Source: Narcine bancroftii (Eukaryota). Taken from it: DNA of 64,000 bases. Made by a program: the position numbers and the translations under genes. Positions 1 to 11,870 of this stretch are shown in pieces (position 1 is the stretch's first letter; each line of letters begins with the position of its first letter). The notes under the pieces were generated by a model. The model saw only the letters and a program-made list of their open reading frames with translations. It was not told where the DNA came from and searched no databases. Location: the NCBI RefSeq assembly GCF_036971445.1, contig NC_091472.1:130262001-130326000 (forward strand), in the 5' to 3' direction.

Positions 1-239
1 AGATAGTGCAATGAGTCAAAGGAGAAATTGAGGGTGAGGGCAAGATCTGCCAGCCAGAGTAGGGTGGTGGTGGAGGGGGACTGGATGGTTCTAATGACAG
101 GGCTTTGAGAGAAGTGTTTCTTTACCCAGCAATGGTTAAAATTTCCATCAGTTATGGATGGTGGAAAAATAAATGTTCCTTCCAAGTTGTAACTTATCAA
201 ATACCTTGTCACTAAATACAAAAAAAGGCAATGCTACTA

Positions 240-900
240 TACGCTGTTGTGGACCCAGGCAAGAGGAGAGCGGAGGCACAGGTCCGAAGAGTTCAACTGC
301 TCAGTCCTCATGCCATTTGCTTGAAACAGCCTGTTAGAGGAGCTGACGGTGTTTTTGAACTAAAATCCTGCAACCAAGTGTTTGTGCCAAAATTGGCATC
401 GCCTGTGCTCTGCAGTGGCCATGAAGAGTTGCAAACTTCAGGGACCAGTGAATGGACACAGTGCACCAGAGAACAGCCCCTATTGAGAAGAAGCAGAGCA
501 GCTGAGGGACCTACATAGGCTGAGGGAGACTTGCGGTCGGGGGACTCTTGCAAGCTATAGCTGTTGGAGACTGGCTCATGGGAACCATGTATAGGAGCTA
601 GGATTTGAGAGGGTGCTGAGGGTGAAAGGACTCCTGAAGAGCTTTGGGTGCTGAAGGCTTCCTGAACTTGTCGGTTTGGATCTGGAGCTCAGATTGAACA
701 GGAGTCTGCAGCTGCAGAGGCAATGGGAGTGCTGGTGGTGAATCGACAGACACTCAGTGACTGAAGGGACTCTTTTGCTTCTCTTTCTCTTTAAGGGGTG
801 CTGGCCAACACTTTGTTCTCCTTACTGCAGGCAAAAGGTGATTTTGTGTGATGTTGCATGTTCTCTACTATAACAAGACAATAAAGGAATCTTGAATCTT
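240..900 (+). mobile_element. Non-coding retroposon 'family A', copy 1 (tail ACAATAAAG-GAATCTT-GAATCTT)
   Basis: Aligns by eye in reverse complement with 20849-21847 (e.g. ctgttgtggacccagg, ggagctga.ggtgtt, tttggatctggagctca) and partly with 1470-1945. Ends in a polyA-signal-like motif plus a short tandem tail. Confidence 0.7.
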
Positions 901-979
901 TATAGTTCATTGGCTGTTTCCTTGAGAGACTGCCTCCAGATCTAGCTCCTTAGTTATTTATATTTGTTTCTTTTCCCAG

Positions 980-1081
980 GTCTTCACTTTTCACATTTTT
1001 GGATGGGAAAGAAGACTGTGAGATGCCAAAATGATCATTTTACAACGCAAAATGAGATTGTGTAAATACTGCATCTGTAAG
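980..1081 (+). other. TPST2: Candidate 5' non-coding exon of TPST2 (102 bp)
   Basis: Strong acceptor tttgtttcttttcccag| and strong donor AAG|gtatga in unique sequence upstream of the first coding exon. Vertebrate TPST2 has non-coding upstream exons. Confidence 0.5.
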
Positions 1082-1469
1082 GTATGAAAGGAAATTGAGC
1101 AACTTCCAAACAAATGGTTCTATTTAACAATGTTGTGGATTCACATAAGATATTTGATTGAATAATCGACAATGACCTTTCTCGTTTGTCTTCTCATCTG
1201 GATGATTTAAGGGAAAAAAAAACAGATTCTCTATTAACAGTTCTTCAGCTAGTGAGTTGAAGCTGCAGTCTATGTACAGCCCAAAGAAAAAGGTTAATTG
1301 CACACTAGGTTTAGTTATTCTGAAAACAGTCTAATTCCAGAGCAGAAGAAACAACTTTAAATAAGCAAAAATATGCGAAGTTCTGATTTAAAATGTGTAA
1401 TTTTACCTGAAGAAAATGTATGAAGAATAATTTTATACAGTGCACACTTCAGCTTTGATTGATTCTGGA

Positions 1470-1945
1470 ATTATTCACTCTATCATGTAATAAAAACAGT
1501 GTCATATACACATAATTGCCTTTTGTCTTCTGTAAGGCACAGATTCGCCATCGGCAAAGGTTGCCTGAAGCGCCTCTTACAGTCAGAGATAGAGAAGCAA
1601 AAGAGTGTTTTACACTCACCCCCCCCCCCCCCCACCCTTTCTCTCCCCATCAGAGTCACCAAATGTCTATGGATTTGCCTACAGCACTCCTACAACCACA
1701 CAGAGTCCAGTTTAAACCATCGGCAAACCAAGCTCCAGATTGGAACCTTCAATATGATTAGGAACCCTTCAGTGCCTTCCACATCCTCTTGCATCCCGGT
1801 TTTGATACCTGGTTACCCTTCAGTCAGTTTCAAGCCAGTTTCCAGCAGTCTGCAACCTGGTGTGAATTCCTTGACCATAGTCCACAGCCTCCGTGGGTTC
1901 CTCACCTTGAGTCGCCAACAGCCCGCCACCTGCAGCCCTCTAAAT
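1470..1945 (-). mobile_element. Retroposon family A, copy 2 (diverged, inverted relative to copy 1)
   Basis: Shares aattgcctttt, aagctccagat, catcctcttg.atccc.gtttgatacctggtt with 20900-21500. Contains a poly-C run near 1620. Confidence 0.55.
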
Positions 1946-2109
1946 AAATACTTATCTCCTGGCCAATTACCAGTGCAACAATATCTAATCTAAAAAGACT
2001 GGAGAGACAGTAATGAAGTTCCAATGTTACAACAATGTTTCTCCTTCAGCACACATACATATTTCCACAATAAAGTGCATTGTCAATATAATGCAGTTGT
2101 ATTAAAATG

Positions 2110-2600
2110 AAGCTAGCTACATTAGGTGTATGGTGAGCAGTTCCAGTTCCCACTGAATGAAAGATGAGCAGGCTGTGGAACTATACAGAAGAGGTTCACC
2201 AGTATTGGCTTGCATTGGCTTATATTAGTCACATGGAGAGCTTGACAAACTTGGCTTGATTTCTCTAAAGTATTAGAGAATGAGGGGGTGACCTAATAAG
2301 TGTATATTAATCTATGCAAAGAGAGCTAGATAAGATGGATGATCAGAGTCTTCTTCCCAGGGTGAAAAGGTGAGAGGGGCAGAATTTTTCTTTAATAGAG
2401 AATGCTTGGTGCCTGAGGATGTCAAAGGGGAGATGGTAGAAGCAGATACAGTAGTGGCATTGAAGAGGAATTTAGACAAACCAATGAAGAGGCACAGATT
2501 GAAAGATACAGACCATGTCCAGGCAGATGTGATGTTTAATTTGGCATCATGGTTCGCACAGACATGGTGGGCTGAAGGGGTTCCTGTGATGTACTTTTCG
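2110..2600 (+). mobile_element. CR1-type LINE 3' fragment (decayed)
   Basis: CR1 C-terminal and 3' UTR motifs (cagaagaggttcaccag, gagggggtgacctaata, gaggaatttagac, gggctgaagggg). Similar to the 3' end of the CR1 at 25000-25610. Confidence 0.7.
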
Positions 2601-3742
2601 GTTTCATTGCTGACACTTGGACAACATTTGGTTGGCAAAGATTATTTTATTTTCAATCACCATTAATAGTGAGACATGATCAATCTACAGGAGAAATGAT
2701 TGAAGAATAAAACAGTGTTGTCTTTGTCTCAATTCAACCCAATATGACCCTACAGAAAAAAGGTATCAATAGACCTGAACATGATTGGTAGGGAGATAAA
2801 ACTGGTGCATTTTGCTAATTGTCCTTTTGTAATGGAGACTTGCAGCAATGTGATTTACACAAAGGACACCTGTAACTAACTGAAATGTTATATCATTGAA
2901 AACCAGCTAATCTATTAGATTTTAGCCTGGCCTTATTACCTGTCTTAACAGATAACATTGAATTAATTTACATTATACATAATGGCACTGAAATAAGCAT
3001 GAGTTGTTATTCAAATTTGAAGATAATTGAGGAAAGCAATTGATGCCTTCTCCTTTCAAAAGTGCGTGCAATTTAATATCGTAGTGTCCATTGCTCTTTG
3101 AAATAAGTACTTTTCTTGGCTCTGTGCTAACTTGCAGAGTATTATTAACATTGATCACCTTTTTGGGTAAAGTGATTTTTTTTATAAAAAAGAATGGACA
3201 TAAACTGCTTTTATATTTGTTGTTGTGGACTATAATTGATTTTACTCCAATTCTTCCAGTGTAGTTAAATGGTGCTCAAGAATGACTGTTGTTGTACTAT
3301 GTTTCTGTACTGAATTAGAGGCGATAAAGTGTTTATACTATGATTGCCAATCTTAGTTTGCCATTGAAAGAAATCTGATGTTGAGCATGCTGAGAGCATT
3401 ATTGCTGATAAAATTACTATATTTTGACAACAGACCAGAGAACAACAATTTCATTAAACTGAAAGACTTAATTGGAGTGCATAAAGTGTCCAGGAGACCA
3501 AGGGAACATTCAGTTTTGAACTAATTTCACATGATAAAGAATAGTCTTCTAATCATTCTGTTCCAAGTGTGTTCTGAGGTTACTTTTAGCAAATGATGAA
3601 TCAAAAACACATCAGTGCATCCATCTGCACTCTGAATTGGAGTGCACTGAAATTTAAGGATATGAAAATTATTTGACAAGAACTGATCATATAAAAATAT
3701 AAAAATACGGAGTCAAATGGTTATTTGCAAGTTTTGGAGTAT

Positions 3743-5761
3743 TGTAGCGGCCTGTGCACGGAGACTCGGACTGGCCCGCCAAATGGCGGATAACTGTGCG
3801 GACCTGGGGATGACACTGGCTGTTGTCCCAGGTGACCTCCACACTGCGGGAAGATGGGAAACTCTGGCGGGCACACTGGCCAACCTGAGGCCAGTGCTCC
3901 GATGATGCAGGGCACTCATCGACACATGAGTGATCTGATTGGGGTCCTGGAGCACCACACCTCAGATAGGTGGGCACAATTCACCTCCAGGCTCTGGGTG
4001 GCGCTGGTTAACTTTCTGGGAACGCAGCTCCACCATACCATGGTGTATCACTCGCAGGCCAACGGCTTGGTGGAGCGCTTCCACGAACTGCCTTGGATCT
4101 TGTTGGGAATTTGTACCGTGCTGAAGGAGGACTTCAATGCTTCAGTGGCAGAGATGGTTTACAGCATGGCTTTAATTATCTCCGGAGAGTTCCTGGCCCC
4201 TTTGATTAAATGCCCAGAAGACCCCCAAGGCAATCCTCGAACCTGCAGCAAAAACAGGAGTCCTTGGTCTCATGGCAACCCCTACTGCACGGCCAGCCCA
4301 AGCATAGCGTTCTGAAGGAATTTGTTATGGACCTTGACTATTTTGTGTTTTTGACAGGACTGAACTTAGTGCAAGGGATTTGACAGCTGTAGTAACGCTA
4401 AGCTCCCACTAGGGAAATTTGATAACCGTCAAAGGACTGAACTTGCTGCGGGGGATTTGATAGCTGCTAGGAACTGTAGTAGCGCTAAGCTGCCACAAGG
4501 AAATTTTGACAGTTGTCAAAGCATGGGAGCCATGCGCCAGAAGTCTGGGCTCGCTGGAGAGCAAGCCTGAAGCTGCTAACCTCTCCACCAACGGGGAGAG
4601 CTAGAGTCAGCACCAAGCAGCTGAAAAAGCCCAGTGTGCTAGTTCTGGAGAGGTTTATTGGTTGAGTGTGCCTCTCCTGTCCCCTTTCAAGGAAAAGGAC
4701 TTGTGCGCCAGAAGGGCACTACTGAACCCTAAGGAGGGTTGTGGAGGGTCACCAGACCGCTCAGGACAAGGTGTCCGAAGAAGAGGACTCACCTGCCAGG
4801 AGGGCACTTGTGAACCCTAAAGTAGGCTCCGGAAGCATGAATCTCAGAGTGACCAGGAGGTCATTATGGAAATTCTTGGAAAAAGGAATTGAAGGGCAGT
4901 GGTAGCCCATTTGAACCCCAAGGCACTCTCATGTTTCCCTGACAGACTTGACATGACAGGGGTGGGGGGTTTGTACTTTATTTTTGGGAATTTTTTTGCG
5001 GAGATATTTCAGCTTGGACTGTAATGGTCTGGGTTTTTTTCCCCACATACACTGTATGATGCATACACTGTTGTTGATATAGTATTGCCATTAAGGCTGG
5101 TGATCAGGTGTTAAGTTTATTGAGTTAATTTTATTATTGTTAGTTTGGTTAATAAATTTTGTGTTAAACTTAACTCGTTTGTGTGTGCGCCCCCTAATTG
5201 CTGCTGGGGAGTGTAACAAACTGAAGATTTGCTGGTACCTGTTCGTGAGGAGGGGCACACACACACCACCATTACAACGACCCTACGAGGGGCCCTACAA
5301 GGTCATTGGGGACAATGCTTCCACCTTCATCCTTGACATCGGCAGTAAGGAGGAAACTTTTACCATTGACTGCCTGAAAATGGCATATCTGGACTGAAAC
5401 GACCTGGTCTCCACTCTGCCCTACAACACCAGGGCAGGCCACCTAAAACTAAGAACAATGGCCTGATTGCCGGTTCTGGTGGGGGAGGTCATGTAGCAGC
5501 CCACACGCACACAGAGTCACAGACTGGCCTGCAAAATGACCAACGAACATGGACCTGGGGGTGACACCAGCTATCATCCCAGGTAACCTCCGCACAACGG
5601 GAAGATGGTGAACTCTGGTGGGAACACCAGCCAACCCAAAGCTGGCGCTCTGAAGATAATGGGGCCCTGACGCAATGGCTAGAGCAATAAATCAGTCTTG
5701 ATTTTCAAGGCTTTGGTCTGTGTGTCGTTCTTCTCCATGCTCACGTAGCACATACCCTACA
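3743..5761 (+). mobile_element. Internally deleted Gypsy LTR retrotransposon (Mag-like) with 4-bp TSD GTAT
   Basis: Partial 5' LTR from TGTAGC (3743-~3925), 3' LTR 5492-5761 (TGT...ACA) preceded by a PPT (ggtgggggagg). GTAT at 3739-3742 and 5762-5765. Integrase remnants: SDRWAQFTS, YHSQANGLVERFH, PPLQRPYEGPYKV (GPY/F motif). Confidence 0.9.
4323..5218 (+). mobile_element. Solo LTR nested in the Gypsy integrase
   Basis: Inverted termini TGTTA...TAACA, near-TSD AATT/AACT, AATAAA at 5151. The integrase reading VLKE|LKICWYLFVRR resumes across it. Imperfect internal tandem repeat at ~4355-4520. Confidence 0.75.
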
Positions 5762-6425
5762 GTATATTGATAACCCTTTTGCGTGATTAAGTTTATCAAT
5801 ATGGTCCTTAAATAGTGTAAGCATAGAGTAATGGCAAACAATGTGCCTGTAATTAGACACATTGATTTTAAAATCATCCAAGTGAATTGCATATTCCTGA
5901 ATCTATATCTGCATCTAAGAGCCTCCTGTGTTCCCCTTTTCAAAAAAATTAAATTGACTTCATTTAGCTTTATCTCAAACGAGTGTTCTGGTGATTGCAC
6001 ATCAATCATCTTTTCCAAAACTAAGTTCAGAGGGACAAGTGACTATCTTAGGATAATTATTCTTGTGCATCCTTGGATATAAAATTGTTGAACTGTTGCA
6101 CCAACAGGCGATGTGGGAGAATGAAATTCAGTAGTCTAGTTATAAGCTTGTTGTTGGGAGATGTAAATCAGATGTATTCTTCCAAAGATCAGTGCTTTAT
6201 CTTTGCCAGTTATTTCCCAACCTATTTATTTTGCAATATTAGGAAGATGAAGCAGGGATTAATGGCTTCCATTTTAATTTGTATCTTGGTTATAAATGAA
6301 GTTTTCAGTCATATTGCCATACAGATAATCCATAGTATATTTCCCTTGGTTTTCAGTCATTGAGAAACTCTCAGGAATTTTTCAGGTTCTTGGTCACAAA
6401 ATGAGAATTTCGAATTTAGTTTTAC

Positions 6426-7370
6426 AAATTCAGAATCAAAATTTATTGTCATGAACAAATCATGAAATTTGGTGTTTTGCGGCAGCGTCATAGAGCAAAT
6501 GTTCATATTATAACAGTCTTATGACATTATTAAAAAAAGTAAAAATAATATTGCATGAAAAGTGAGGCAATGTCTATGGTACATTGATTATTCAGGAATC
6601 TGATAGCAATGGGGAAGAAGATGTACTTGTGCTGTTGAGTGCTTGTCTTTAGGATCCTGTACCTCTTTCCCATTGGTAGCAGAGTGAAGAGGGCATGTCC
6701 TGGGTGATGATGTTCTTTGAGGATAAAGGCTGCTTTTTTTAAGACACCGCCTCACATAGATGTCCTTGATGGAGTGGTCTGGTGCCTGTGATATCGCAGG
6801 CAGAGTTAACAATCCTGAGAGTTGGCGCTTCCATACCAGGCAGTGATGCAACCAGTGCAGTATACCTGTAGAAGTTTACGGCGTCTTCGGTGACATACAG
6901 AATCTCCTCAGACGCACCTCACAAAATATAGCCGCTGTCTAGTCTTCTTTGTGATTGCATCTACATGGAGGCTCCAGGACAGATCCTCGGAGATGATGAC
7001 ACCAAGGAATTTGAAATTCTTGACCCTTTCCATTATTGAGCCCTCCATGAGGAGTGGGTTGTGCTCCCCTGACTTCTTCCTGAGGTTTATAATTAATCTC
7101 CTTGGTTTTGCTGATGTTGAGCACAAGGTTGTTGTCATTACACTATTCAATAAGCTGACCTGTCTCCCTCCTGTAAGCTTCCTCATTGCTGTTTGATTCT
7201 GCTGACAACTGTTGTGTCATTGGTAAACTTGTAGATGGTATTATAATTGTGCCTGGCCACACAGTCATGGGTGTATATCAAGTAAAGCAGTGGGATAAGC
7301 ACACATCATTGGGGTGTGCCTATTTGGATAATCAGTGAGGAAGAGATGTTGTTTCCAATTTGTACTGACA
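6426..7370 (-). mobile_element. Rex1/Babar-like LINE, 5'-truncated
   Basis: Minus-strand LNISKTKE, FKFLGVIISEDLSWSLHVDAITKKTRQRLYF. 3' tail visible on + as ttcagaatcaaaatttattgtc. Confidence 0.85.
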
Positions 7371-8673
7371 TTCTTAATGTTCCTTGAACTTGGGGAAACT
7401 CTTGGTTGCCAGGTTTGCAAAACTTCATGCAGTTCCTAAAAATGTCTCTTTTTTTCAGGGGAAATACTTTTTTCTTTGTTGCAATAAAATTATAAGACCA
7501 TAAATTAAGGTCACACTACTTGGAGATCCTTGGAATCATGGATGAAACATGTATTTTTAAATTGCAGGCCATATTCAGCAACATTTAATAACTGGACTGG
7601 CATTAATTGTTTTCTTTCTTCATGAACATTGACGTTCACTGCTTTGCTGAGAGAAATGTACACGTCATTGATGCCAAATATAGTCTTACACATTTGGCAA
7701 GGGCATGATTCCCACCTTACTCAGTGGATAGGGTGTGAACCTTATTACTATCATGACCAACAGACTTATTCGTGCGAGATAAAGACATTGACCATAAGTT
7801 CATCAGTTAGCAAAAACACAAAGATTATTGACAATTTTAAAATAATTAAACCAAATCCATAATAGTTGATTAGCAAATCTCACATTAAGAGAATTATGTG
7901 TCCCCCAACTTCGATTAAGACGTGTTTTCTGATCTGCACAGTCTACAGGTTTGTATTGATCCATCATGAAATTCCATTTGTAGCTAAAAGCAGATTTACT
8001 GATAATAAGCTGCATCTCTGAGGAGGATGGAAAGAAGCAAAGTGTCTTATCTCAGGAATTATCTGGAGAACCCCCATCAACTTGATTTTAAACACAACAA
8101 ACATCTATCCTGCCTATTTTGTCATTTTTCCCTTTTTACTATCTGAAATCAATTATAATGTCCAACTTGTAACCAATTCAACAGAATGTCATCACATTTG
8201 TCATATTTATAAATCCATTTCACATACAAAAAAAATTGAAGAGAAAATTGTTCAATGCTTTTGGGCAATATTTTCATTGATGGTAGCACAGAGTGTGTCA
8301 TCATCTTCGACACAAAAGAGGGCAAACTGTACGCATCAAGATAGAGGTCATTACTGCCAGATGAAACATTTTTAGTACTGGTTTTGGCACATATTGTAGA
8401 ATACCTTCTGCTTTGCCCTGGGTGAAAAGGTTTTGTGCAGTCTAACTTTAGTAGTTCCCCTAAGTCCTAACCACCCACCCCACATCTTTTCTGTCAATTT
8501 TACTTTTCCCAGGTATCCATTCTACATTTATTTTAGTACATTTGGCAGTTACATGATCTTTTTGCATGATAATGATTTGGATCAGATCCATACTAATTGC
8601 AATAATATTTGCAACATGTGAGAGTTTAAATAAAAGCAAAGGAACCTAACATTTAAAAGGTTTTTGTTCAAAC

Positions 8674-8988
8674 CAGTGGTTTTCAAACTTTCTTTCCACT
8701 CACATACCACCTTAAGTAATCCCTATGCCTTAGGTGCTCTATGATCAGTAAGAGATACTTAAGGTGGTATGTGGGTGGGGGGAAAAAAAAGTTGAGAACC
8801 ACTACTCTTCACCCAATTGTTGCTGAAATATTTTGCTTGAGAAAAAAATTGTCATTGGCCCATTTCCTTTGGAGTTATGAAACCATGCACATAATGAGTC
8901 AATTAGGTATGATTAAAACAGTGGTTTTTCAAACTTTTTCTTTCCACTAACAAACACCTTAAGTAATCCCTGACTAATCAAAGAGCAT
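8674..8988. mobile_element. hAT/Charlie-like MITE (palindromic 8674-8804) plus a second partial left arm (8919-8988)
   Basis: Termini CAGTGGTTTTCAAAC / GTTGAGAACCACT. Internal inverted repeat cacataccaccttaagta / tacttaaggtggtatgtg. Confidence 0.7.
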
Positions 8989-9451
8989 CCTTGTTCCTTT
9001 TTGTCAGTCCCAGATTTGACAGTAGTAGGTGTTTTCAGTTGCACCTTGTAAATTAGCAGCCAAAATATTTGTAAACACTCATATGATTTCCCACATGCTT
9101 CTGTTTTATGAATTGAGTTGATCAGAGCTCCGAAAACATTACACAAATGATTGTTATGCAAGTGCTTTAACAATGGTCATTTCTGCTCTTTGAAGTCCCT
9201 TAATTTTCTGGCATTTGACCACTTCTGATTCCATCTACTGAAAAAATGCACCTTGTGAGAATAATTCCTCATTAATTATAAAGGAATAAAGATGTTTGTC
9301 ATCATTGCTAAAGGTTATTAGGGTTATGCTAATGTTAAGTAATCTCTTTGTTTCTTTTTTCTTAGAGTTGCAATGAAAGCCTTGTTGAAATGAGCGAAAA
9401 CATACGTGGAAGCTAAAAATACTGCCTCGTTCAACGGCTAAATTATCAAAC

Positions 9452-10311
9452 ATGCGTATCAGCGTGAGAAAGATTGTCCTGCTCATCTGCTGTGCTATTG
9501 CTACAATGATTGTCTTTCACTTGGGCCAGTATATGTGGGAATGCCAGCAAATACTTAATGAGAATGAAGGATGGTTTCATGGCAGACGAACACACAGCAT
9601 GATGAAACCTGAAAAAGAGGAATTTGTCATGTATAATTCAAACCACATTGAATATCGCTACAGTAAAAATATGCCCCTAATCTTCATAGGTGGAGTGCCA
9701 CGAAGTGGAACAACATTAATGCGAGCCATGATGGATGCACATCCAGACATCCGCTGTGGTGAAGAAACACGAATTATCCCACGTGTGCTGGCCATGCGTC
9801 AGGTGTGGTCTAAATCAGAACGTGAAAAGATGCGCTTAAATGAAGCAGGTGTAACGGACCAGGTCCTGGACTCAGCATTACAAGCATTTATATTAGAAGT
9901 AATTGCAAAACATGGTGAACCTGCAAAATACTTATGCAATAAAGACCCTTTCACGTTAAAATCTTTAAATTATTTGTCCAGACTGTTCTCAAAATCTAAA
10001 TTTATTCTTATGATCCGAGATGGCCGAGCATCTGTGCATTCAATGATTTCCAGAAAAGTGACAATTGCTGGATTTGACCTGAGCAGCTACAGAGATTGTA
10101 TTATCAAATGGAACAAAGCTATTGAAATTATGTATGGTCAGTGTACAGAAGTGGGACCCTCCAGATGTCTCTCAGTTTATTATGAACAGTTGGTATTGCA
10201 TCCTAAAAAGACAATGGAGAAGATCATGACTTTTTTGGATATTCCATGGAGTGACGCTGTCCTGCACCATGAAGAATTAATAGGAAAAGCAGGAGGTGTC
10301 TCACTTTCAAA
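9452..10311 (+). CDS. TPST2: Tyrosylprotein sulfotransferase 2, coding exon 1 (exon probably starts at 9366)
   Basis: MRISVRK N-terminus plus TM helix (type II Golgi protein), PAPS-binding [29 protein letters not shown], ending GGVSLSK. Residues match TPST2 rather than TPST1. Phase-2 donor AA|gtgtgt at 10312; acceptor tttttcttag| at 9365. Confidence 0.97.
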
Positions 10312-10849
10312 GTGTGTTTGCATTTTATTTGATTTATTTTCTCCCTCTTTCCTTTCTTGAGGACATTGTGTGGCTATGTTGTCCTTTGTATGCATGACCA
10401 GCACAAGGAAGATTTATTGAGTGGTGTTCTGCACAGCTGAGCCTGTAGCCATTTAGATCGGTTGCCAGTAGGTGATCACGACAAGAACTTTGCAGCATAG
10501 TGGTCTCTTGTAGCATCTCCCCTGTTGCCCTGTCAATCTATTTTAGGGCAGCTAACCTGGGACAGAATTAGATTAGTAAGCTTTTGTTTGAAAGACTGTC
10601 TTCTCAATGTAAATTTTATTTGCAGCAAAGGAACATGGAGAAGAGAAGTTAAATTTGTATATTTAAAATTCACTGGCAACCTATTAGTGTCCTTAATGTT
10701 TTCCAGGCAATCAATGAATAAATAATAAGACAATGATTTATTATTAAAGAAATGTATTAAATTTGTAGTGTTTGTGTGTAGGCAACTGAAGGGTGGGTCA
10801 CCAATGTTATTTAATTTAAAAATGGGATTGAATGGCACATCAAGTTGAA

Positions 10850-11140
10850 ATGCAGTCTAACAGTGCCAGATACCTGGGTTCAATCTTGACCACTAGCCCT
10901 CCTCTGTGGAGATGCAGATTCTCTTTGATCAGATAAGTTTATTCCAGTGTTCTTGTTTCTTCTGATATCCAAAAGATTAGTTAACTGGCCCTGTAAGTGG
11001 TCTCCAGTGTGTAGGTGAAAGGTAGAATCAGGGAAGTTGATGAATATACAGGGAGATTTACGTAGGATAGGTATAAATTGGTTATTCATAGTTTGTGTGG
11101 AGTTGATGAGCTGAAGTGCCTGTTTCCATGTTGTATTTCA
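10850..11140 (+). mobile_element. tRNA-derived SINE (elasmobranch HE1-like), decayed
   Basis: B-box-like ctgggttcaatc and a CR1-like 3' tail (gctgaagtgcctgtttccatgttgtat). Confidence 0.55.
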
Positions 11141-11419
11141 CTGATGATGGCTGGCATTGGAAGACCTTGGAGATATGAGGATTGAATGATAGAGTTTGTT
11201 TAATCACTGGAGAGTGAAGAGGCCATGGAAGGATTTAATCCAGGATGAGAATTTTGAGTTGAAGATATTAGGAACACTGGGAATTAATATTTAATAGCGG
11301 GCACTTGAATGATAGGTAAATAGTTTTTGCTGCAAGTTAGGAAAGCTGACAAAATGTGTTTCAAAGAGGTAAGTTTCAAGGAGCATATTAAAGGAAATCC
11401 ATCAAACTATAAACAACAG

Positions 11420-11870
11420 CAGTTGGCTACTTGGATTCTCATCTCTCTTCCATCAATCTGTAAAATAATGGCAGACCTTTTACCTCAGTACCACTATTCT
11501 ACATTCATCTCAAATCACTCAATTCCCTGAAGAACAAAAAGTCTGTTGGTCTCTGTGTTTTAATATACATGGTGACAAATTGTCCATGGCAGTCTTGGGT
11601 GAAGAAATTCCATGTAATTTCATTGCTAAACAGGAAAATCCTTAATTAGAGCTTGAGAGCCATGTTCTTTGACACTTTTTCCAGAGGAAATGTCAACCCT
11701 GAATCTACCCAGTCAAGCATCTTAAAAGTATTGTATTTTTCAATGAGATGACCCATCATTTCTTATAAACTCAACAGTTCAGATCCAGTCTGCTCAATCT
11801 TTTCTCAAAGAACAAAAATCTCATTCCAGGAATCAATATGGTGAACCTACTTTGCATCCCCTTTACTGCA
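11420..11870 (-). mobile_element. Old CR1 3' fragment
   Basis: Reverse-strand CR1 motifs (ccaggaatcaatatggtgaacct, ttttcaatgagat.acc). Confidence 0.5.

Noticed and set aside
1499-1993. 164-aa ORF
   Set aside because: It lies in a decayed repeat, crosses a poly-C run and is not conserved in sister copies.
4355-4520. Repeated units resembling a CRISPR-like array
   Set aside because: Only about two imperfect units with no unique spacers, inside an LTR in a vertebrate genome.
10312-10360. Last 15 aa of the 302-aa ORF as the true TPST2 C-terminus
   Set aside because: Homology ends at GGVSLSK and resumes in the exon at 12739, so this is intron read-through.
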